From: an uncultured Thiotrichales bacterium
GTDB lineage: Bacteria > Pseudomonadota > Gammaproteobacteria > UBA4575
NCBI GenBank assembly: GCA_964517365.1
Contig: CAZFEP010000006.1
Location: 1-38,390 of the forward strand
DNA: 38,390 nucleotides
Direction: 5' to 3'
A program made the position numbers and the translations under genes. Below are positions 31,693-38,390 of the stretch, in pieces. The notes beneath the pieces are model-generated. The model was not told where the DNA came from, did no database searches, and saw only the letters and a program-made list of their open reading frames with translations. Within the stretch, counting starts at the first letter, position 1. Every line of letters starts with the position of its first letter.

Positions 31693-32460
31693 ATGAGCGT
31701 AACGATAAAAACAGCTGAAGAAATTGAAAAAATGCGAGTTGCTGGCCAACTAGCAGCAAATGTACTTGAAATGATAGGAAAGCACGTGTCAGCAGGCATT
31801 AGCACACTTGAGTTAGACCAAATTTGCCATGATTACATCGTAAATGAACAACAAGCGATACCTGCACCTCTTAACTACCGGGGATTTCCTAAATCAATTT
31901 GCACATCGGTAAATCATCAAGTTTGTCATGGTATTCCTGGAGACCGCGTTCTTAAAAACGGCGATATTTTGAATATTGATATCACCGTGATAAAAGATGA
32001 ATTCCACGGTGATACCAGCAAAATGTTCATATTGGGCAAACCTCCAGTACTGGCAAAGAGATTAGTCGACTTGACATATGAAGCGCTAAAAATAGGAATC
32101 AATGAGGTTAAGCCTGGTGCCAGACTAGGTGATATTGGACATAAGATCCAAAGTTTTGCAGAGAGCAATCGATGCACTGTAGTTCGCGAATACTGCGGGC
32201 ATGGTATAGGACGCACTTTTCACGAAGACCCACAAGTATTGCATTATGGTAAACCAGACACGGGCATGGAACTTGAGCCGGGAATGACCTTCACCATAGA
32301 GCCTATGATCAATGCAGGCAAAAGAAATGTTCGCCTACTGCCTGACGGATGGACTGTAGTAACGAAAGACCACAGTTTATCTGCGCAATGGGAACATACT
32401 ATTTTGGTTACTGAAGAAAGTTATGAAGTATTAACTAAGCGCAATGACGAAACATTCTGA
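31693..32460 (+). CDS. map: type I methionine aminopeptidase
   Basis: MSVTIKTAEEIEKMRVAG parallels the E. coli Map N-terminus. Metal-ligand motifs VCHGIPGD, DITVIKDEFHGDTSKMF, EYCGHGIG, FTIEP and WEHT are present. The track ORF begins 4 codons earlier at a TTG (31681), which I consider less likely. Confidence 0.93.
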   Translation: MSVTIKTAEEIEKMRVAGQLAANVLEMIGKHVSAGISTLELDQICHDYIVNEQQAIPAPLNYRGFPKSICTSVNHQVCHGIPGDRVLKNGDILNIDITVIKDEFHGDTSKMFILGKPPVLAKRLVDLTYEALKIGINEVKPGARLGDIGHKIQSFAESNRCTVVREYCGHGIGRTFHEDPQVLHYGKPDTGMELEPGMTFTIEPMINAGKRNVRLLPDGWTVVTKDHSLSAQWEHTILVTEESYEVLTKRNDETF

Positions 32461-32534
32461 TTACATATACTCTGGATCTACAACTAAATTTCAAACGCTT
32501 TTGAGTCAAAAGACTTAACGAAACGCACCAAACA

Positions 32535-35219
32535 ATGCTTAATATCAACATCTATGAGGCGCTTGAGCCAGACTCACCTATTCTGGATTTTCTGCAAATA
32601 AACAATGCCTCGCAACTTGAAATTGAGAAATTTAAAAATTTTAGACCTGAAGTATTAAAACTACTTCAACAAAAATTTGATGCTGAGCAAAACATCTATG
32701 AACATATTTCTCTCTATACAGGCATCATGGATGCACTATTAAAAAATATTTGGAATGCGTTTGATATAGAAAATGACACTGCGTCATTAATTGCCATCGG
32801 AGGATATGGGCGACGAGAATTATTCCCTGAGTCAGACATAGACATCATGATTGTACTGAATGAAGAGAACGATGGTAATGTAAAAGCTAAAATCGAATCT
32901 TTCTTAACATTTCTTTGGGACATCAACCTGCACATTGCGCAATCAGTACGAACTATAAATGATTGTATTGAAGAATCTAAAAAAGACATCACTGTTTTAA
33001 CTAGCTTAATGGAGCACCATTATCTAGCAGGCAACAAAGTGCTGCACACTAAAGTGGCCAGCATCGTTAATAACAGCAAAATTTGGCCTAGCAAAAAATA
33101 TTTCAAAGAAAAAAGGCAAGAACTTGATGATAGACACAAAAAGTTTGGCGACACAGGCAACCACCTAGAGCCTAATGTAAAAGAAAACCCAGGCGGGTTA
33201 AGAGACATTCATACTTTGCGCTGGTTAACTAACCGTCATTTCAAAACAGAAAGCTTTGAACAATTAGCAAAAATTGAGTTTTTATCCAACAGTGAGTTAT
33301 CACTATTGCAAGAAGCCTATATTGTTTTAGCAAAAATACGCTTTGCACTTCACTTGTTTGTTCAACGTGGAGATGACCGACTATTGTTCGATTATCAATA
33401 CGAGGTTGCATCTCTGCTTGGCTATACAAATGAAAATCGCAATCAGCGCGTTGAAGAGTTCATGCAAGTCTTCTATCGCACCAGCAACCAATTATCCACG
33501 CTATCTGACATTATTGTAGAGCGCCTACACTCAACGATATTCCCTGGTTTATTTAAGCGCAGAGCAAAACCAATAAATGAAAGTTTTCAGGCTCGTGCAA
33601 ACTTACTAGAAGCCATTGAAACAGATATATTTTTAAAGTCTCCAACCGCTATATTAGAATTATTTCAGTTACTACAAGTACATAAAAATTTAACCGGCTT
33701 AAGTGATCAACTACAAAAGTTAATCATAGAGCACTTAGATGTTATCGATGATGCCTTCAGACAAAACAAGTCGAACTGCAATATCTTTATTGCAATTATC
33801 AGCCGCATAGGAACCAATTATCGAGAATTAAAGCGCATGGCAGAACTTGGTGTACTAGGGAGATATTGGCCTAGCTTTGACGCAGTCACGGGTAGAATGC
33901 AATTTGATCTCTTTCACATTTACACCGTTGAAGAACACACTCTTCGTGTTTTTGAAAACGTTTGCGAGTTCAGTAAAAACACAGATAAAAAAGAACTTGC
34001 TACATACCATGACATTTTTATACAAACTCCAAAAGCACTATTACTATATTTAGCTGCATTATTTCATGATATTGCAAAAGGACGTGGTGGCGATCATTCT
34101 GAACTTGGTGAAGAAGAAGCACGCACCTTCAGCTTACAACATGGCTTATCCCCACTTGATGCGGATACTGTAGCGTGGCTAGTAAGAAACCATCTAGTAA
34201 TGTCAGTCACTGCACAACAACAAGATATTGATGATCCTTATGTCATAAAAAAGTTTGCAAATAATGTAGGTAGTTTAACCAAACTTAATTATTTATATCT
34301 ATTAACGATTGCTGATATGCGTGGAACAAATCCTAAATTATGGAATAGTTGGCGCAGCTCCTTACTAACAGAGTTATATCAACGTGCATCTGAACACTTA
34401 CGAGATGATGTGGAGTCTGCAACCAACCGTGAGGAACTCGTAACACAAGTTAAATCATCTGCATTAGTGCTTTTAGAACAAACCAATTTAAAGCCTGACC
34501 AATGTTTGGGATTTTGGCAGGAACTTGGTGACGACTATTTTATTCGCCATTCTGATAGCGAAATTGTCCGACATACAGAAGCCATCTTGAATCATAGAGA
34601 CAAAAGCAGCGTAGTGGTAAATATTCATCAATATAGCGCTAGAGGTGCTACAGAAATATTCATTTACTGCAATGATAGAAACTATTTATTTGCACATATC
34701 ACTTCAACACTAACAAAATTAGGACTTTCAATTGTTCACGCGAGGGTAATAACCTCCAATATAGGTCATGCACTTGACACTTTCTTAGTCTTAGATGCCA
34801 ACGAAAAGCCTTTAGAAGATGAGAAACTATTAGAGCAAGTAAAAAAAGAGCTTACACAAGCGTTAGAAGATCCTGAAAGTATTGTCTTCAATGCAAATCA
34901 AGTTTTACCAAGACAGATTCGTGAGCTGCGAATTCCTGTTGAAATTTATTTTAACATTAGCACCGTTAACAATTACACAACCATGGAAATTAAAGCGCCA
35001 GACTTCCATGGGTTTCTTGCCAGCTTGAGCAATGCATTTGTAGACTGCAATATTGTTATTCACAATGCGCGTATCTCCAGACTGGGTGAACGAGTACACA
35101 ATCTATTCCATATAAGCAATTTAGACTCACAACCACTTAACGAAGCACAACAAGATAGATTGAAAAAGTCTGTGCAAGAATACATACATCAGCCTAAGCA
35201 GGTTTTGCTAGAAACGTAG
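32535..35219 (+). CDS. glnD: bifunctional [protein-PII] uridylyltransferase / uridylyl-removing enzyme
   Basis: 894 aa. Nucleotidyltransferase motif AIGGYGRRELFPESDIDI, HD domain LFHDIAKGRGGDHSELG, and two C-terminal ACT-like segments. Conserved map-glnD adjacency. Confidence 0.92.
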   Translation: MLNINIYEALEPDSPILDFLQINNASQLEIEKFKNFRPEVLKLLQQKFDAEQNIYEHISLYTGIMDALLKNIWNAFDIENDTASLIAIGGYGRRELFPESDIDIMIVLNEENDGNVKAKIESFLTFLWDINLHIAQSVRTINDCIEESKKDITVLTSLMEHHYLAGNKVLHTKVASIVNNSKIWPSKKYFKEKRQELDDRHKKFGDTGNHLEPNVKENPGGLRDIHTLRWLTNRHFKTESFEQLAKIEFLSNSELSLLQEAYIVLAKIRFALHLFVQRGDDRLLFDYQYEVASLLGYTNENRNQRVEEFMQVFYRTSNQLSTLSDIIVERLHSTIFPGLFKRRAKPINESFQARANLLEAIETDIFLKSPTAILELFQLLQVHKNLTGLSDQLQKLIIEHLDVIDDAFRQNKSNCNIFIAIISRIGTNYRELKRMAELGVLGRYWPSFDAVTGRMQFDLFHIYTVEEHTLRVFENVCEFSKNTDKKELATYHDIFIQTPKALLLYLAALFHDIAKGRGGDHSELGEEEARTFSLQHGLSPLDADTVAWLVRNHLVMSVTAQQQDIDDPYVIKKFANNVGSLTKLNYLYLLTIADMRGTNPKLWNSWRSSLLTELYQRASEHLRDDVESATNREELVTQVKSSALVLLEQTNLKPDQCLGFWQELGDDYFIRHSDSEIVRHTEAILNHRDKSSVVVNIHQYSARGATEIFIYCNDRNYLFAHITSTLTKLGLSIVHARVITSNIGHALDTFLVLDANEKPLEDEKLLEQVKKELTQALEDPESIVFNANQVLPRQIRELRIPVEIYFNISTVNNYTTMEIKAPDFHGFLASLSNAFVDCNIVIHNARISRLGERVHNLFHISNLDSQPLNEAQQDRLKKSVQEYIHQPKQVLLET

Positions 35220-35235
35220 CTCAACGGCATTCAAA

Positions 35236-36444
35236 ATGAATTCAAATCTTAATAAACTGCAACCCTACCCATTTGAGAAGTTAACTAAACTAACTTCACA
35301 AATAGAAACCAATTCATCATTTAAAAATATATCACTTGCCATTGGTGAACCAAAACACCCAACACCTAAAATTATCAAAGAGGCACTGCACTCCAATCTT
35401 GATGAACTTTCAAGGTATCCCACCACTCGCGGCACAGACTCATTGCGAAATGCATGTGGAAACTGGATCAGAAATCGATTTCAACTTGCTGAAGAAAACC
35501 TGGACAGCAACTACAATGTTCTACCTGTAAATGGAACACGTGAAGCATTATTTGCATTTGCACAATGCATCACGGAGCCTGCTACTAAGCCAGTAGTATT
35601 AATACCCAACCCGTTCTATCAAATCTATGAAGGAGCAGCGTTGCTAGCTGGGGCTGAACCTATTTATTATGACTGCACAGTAACAGATGGCGACATACCC
35701 GCTCTTTGGAACATAAGCGATAAAATATGGAACCGCTGCCAACTACTTTACATATGCACACCAGGTAACCCAACAGGCGAAGTAACTCCTGGGAATACTT
35801 TGAAAAAATTAATAGACTATTCAAACAAGTATAGTTTTGTAATTGCATCAGACGAATGTTACTCAGAAATTTACTCGCCTAGCGTCACACCACCAAATGG
35901 ATTGTTACACCATGCCCAAGAAATGGGAAACGACGCATTTCAGAATTGCATGGCATTTTATAGTTTATCAAAGCGATCCAATGCACCAGGGCTGCGTTCG
36001 GGATTTGTAGCGGGATCCAAAGCACTAATAGAACAATTCTTTAGCTATCGCACATACCACGGCTGCGCCATGCCACTACCCACACAGGCAGCGAGCGTTG
36101 CAGCCTGGTCTGATGAATCACATGTTGACGTAAATCGACAAAAATATGCAGATAAATTTAATGCAGTGCTGGATATTCTTCAACCTGTACTACCATCCAA
36201 AAGACCAGATGCAGGATTTTATCTCTGGCCCAAGTTGCCTGAAGCATTTCCATTAAACGAAATTGAATTTTGCAAGACACTTTATAGTAAAAAAAGTGTG
36301 CTCACTCTTCCCGGAAGCTTCCTTGCCAGACCGGTTAACGGTTATAACCCAGGCGAAAACCGTGTACGCTTAGCACTGGTTGCCGAACTTGCAGAATGCA
36401 AAGAAGCGGCCCAAAGAATCAGAGACTTACTCAAAGAATTATAA
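35236..36444 (+). CDS. dapC: succinyldiaminopimelate aminotransferase (DapC type, class I PLP aminotransferase)
   Basis: 402 aa. N-terminus LNKLQPYPFEKLTKL and PLP-lysine region YSLSKRSNAPGLRSGF. Lies next to dapD and dapE. Confidence 0.8.
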   Translation: MNSNLNKLQPYPFEKLTKLTSQIETNSSFKNISLAIGEPKHPTPKIIKEALHSNLDELSRYPTTRGTDSLRNACGNWIRNRFQLAEENLDSNYNVLPVNGTREALFAFAQCITEPATKPVVLIPNPFYQIYEGAALLAGAEPIYYDCTVTDGDIPALWNISDKIWNRCQLLYICTPGNPTGEVTPGNTLKKLIDYSNKYSFVIASDECYSEIYSPSVTPPNGLLHHAQEMGNDAFQNCMAFYSLSKRSNAPGLRSGFVAGSKALIEQFFSYRTYHGCAMPLPTQAASVAAWSDESHVDVNRQKYADKFNAVLDILQPVLPSKRPDAGFYLWPKLPEAFPLNEIEFCKTLYSKKSVLTLPGSFLARPVNGYNPGENRVRLALVAELAECKEAAQRIRDLLKEL

Positions 36445-36468
36445 ACTCATAGCATTGCAGGAGCCCAC

Positions 36469-37296
36469 ATGTCAGACCAATTTAAAGGTGTTATAGAAGC
36501 AGCATTTGAAAAACGTGCCGACATCACACCGACTAACACCGACCCAGATGTTCGCGAAGCAGTACAGGAAACCTTGAATCAAGTAGATTCTGGAAAACTT
36601 CGGGTTGCAGAAAAAAAAGGTAATGATTGGGTTACTAATGAGTGGATTAAAAAAGCTGTACTACTTTCATTTCGCATGAATGAAAATGAAATTATAGATA
36701 CTGGAGTCACAAAATATTACGATAAAGTTCCAACCAAGTTTTCACAAATGAGTGATGAGCAGATTAAAAAACAAGGTGCCAGAATTGTGCCTGGCGCCAT
36801 GGTGCGGCATGGTGCATATATTGCATCCGATGCAATCTTAATGCCCAGCTATGTAAACATCGGCGCCTATGTGGACACCGGCACTATGGTTGACACATGG
36901 GTTACCGTAGGCTCATGCGCACAAATTGGTAAAAATGTTCACCTTTCCGGTGGCGTAGGTATCGGTGGCGTACTTGAACCATTGCAAGCCACACCAACGA
37001 TTATTGAAGACAACTGTTTTATTGGTGCACGTTCAGAAATTGTTGAAGGAGTTATTGTTGAAGAAGGTGCAGTCATTTCAATGGGCGTATACATTGGCCA
37101 AAGCACAAAAATCTTTAATCGTGAAACGGGCGAAATAAGCTATGGTCGAATTCCTGCAGGTTCGGTTGTGGTATCCGGCAACCTGCCCTCTAAAGACGGA
37201 ACTTACAGTCTTTACTGCGCAGTAATCGTGAAGCAAGTAGATGAAAAAACCCGCAGCAAGGTAGGCATTAATGAGTTATTAAGAACCATCGATTAA
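36469..37296 (+). CDS. dapD: 2,3,4,5-tetrahydropyridine-2,6-dicarboxylate N-succinyltransferase
   Basis: 275 aa. N-terminal helical domain, then left-handed beta-helix hexapeptide repeats ([40 protein letters not shown]...[24 protein letters not shown]). Confidence 0.92.
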   Translation: MSDQFKGVIEAAFEKRADITPTNTDPDVREAVQETLNQVDSGKLRVAEKKGNDWVTNEWIKKAVLLSFRMNENEIIDTGVTKYYDKVPTKFSQMSDEQIKKQGARIVPGAMVRHGAYIASDAILMPSYVNIGAYVDTGTMVDTWVTVGSCAQIGKNVHLSGGVGIGGVLEPLQATPTIIEDNCFIGARSEIVEGVIVEEGAVISMGVYIGQSTKIFNRETGEISYGRIPAGSVVVSGNLPSKDGTYSLYCAVIVKQVDEKTRSKVGINELLRTID

Positions 37297-37311
37297 GCTC
37301 GATTCATTACC

Positions 37312-37656
37312 ATGCTTAAAGTTTTTGGAATCCCTAATTGTGATCAAGTAAAAAAATCACAAAAATGGTTAAAAGGTCGTGGAATTGAATTTGAATTCCA
37401 CGATTACAAAAAGCAAGGTATTACTAAAAAACAGTTAACGACATGGTGCAAAGAAGTGGAGTGGGAAACACTACTGAACAAACGTAGTAGAACCTGGAAA
37501 GAATTATCTGAAAATGATAGATCAGACCCCACCCAAGCAAAAGCAATTACCTTAATGCAACAATTCCCAACATTAATAAAACGCCCTGTTATTCAGAAAG
37601 GGAAGAAAATTACCATAGGCTTTGACGAAAAAATATTCAGCCTACATTACTCATAA
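37312..37656 (+). CDS. ArsC/Spx/MgsR-family thioredoxin-fold protein (YffB-like)
   Basis: 114 aa. MLKVFGIPNCDQVKKSQKWLKGRGIEFEFHDYKK... has a single N-terminal Cys in the IxNCxxxxKA-type context of the ArsC family. The conserved neighbourhood with dapE matches E. coli yffB-dapE. Confidence 0.8.
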   Translation: MLKVFGIPNCDQVKKSQKWLKGRGIEFEFHDYKKQGITKKQLTTWCKEVEWETLLNKRSRTWKELSENDRSDPTQAKAITLMQQFPTLIKRPVIQKGKKITIGFDEKIFSLHYS

Positions 37657-37687
37657 ACCCAAATAAGCCGTAACCAAAGAGTCTTAA

Positions 37688-38390
<703 letters not shown>

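Overview
AT-rich core chromosome segment of gammaproteobacterial type. It is almost entirely coding: 37 supported CDS and no rRNA, tRNA, CRISPR, transposase, integrase or other mobile-element signal. Gene order is collinear with the conserved Pseudomonas/E. coli housekeeping block. On the minus strand: rpsB-tsf-pyrH-frr-uppS-cdsA-dxr-rseP-bamA-skp-fabZ-lpxA, then rnhB-dnaE-accA-tilS-pyrG-kdsA-eno-ftsB-ispD-ispF-yoaA-tsaB. On the plus strand: map-glnD-dapC-dapD-yffB-like-dapE. I do not see a defence island or an obviously new multi-gene system, so most of the window is ordinary. The deviations worth a second look are: (1) rpsB is 418 codons long because an in-frame Lys-rich linker and a DUF4332-like two-HhH domain follow the S2 core. 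(2) The lipid A cluster is remodelled: a GnnA/GnnB-like oxidoreductase and aminotransferase pair sits upstream of lpxB, this three-gene block is inverted relative to the conserved order so the lpxB and lpxA stop codons abut with 0 nt between them, and lpxD is missing from its usual skp-fabZ slot. (3) A 13-bp tandem repeat lies in the leader region of a small secreted protein of unknown function. On the transcribed strand it reads CAGGGAU inside possible GGCC-stem hairpins, which resembles CsrA sites. (4) IspD carries a roughly 33-aa low-complexity insertion. All functional calls come from motif and synteny recognition by eye. No database search was run.
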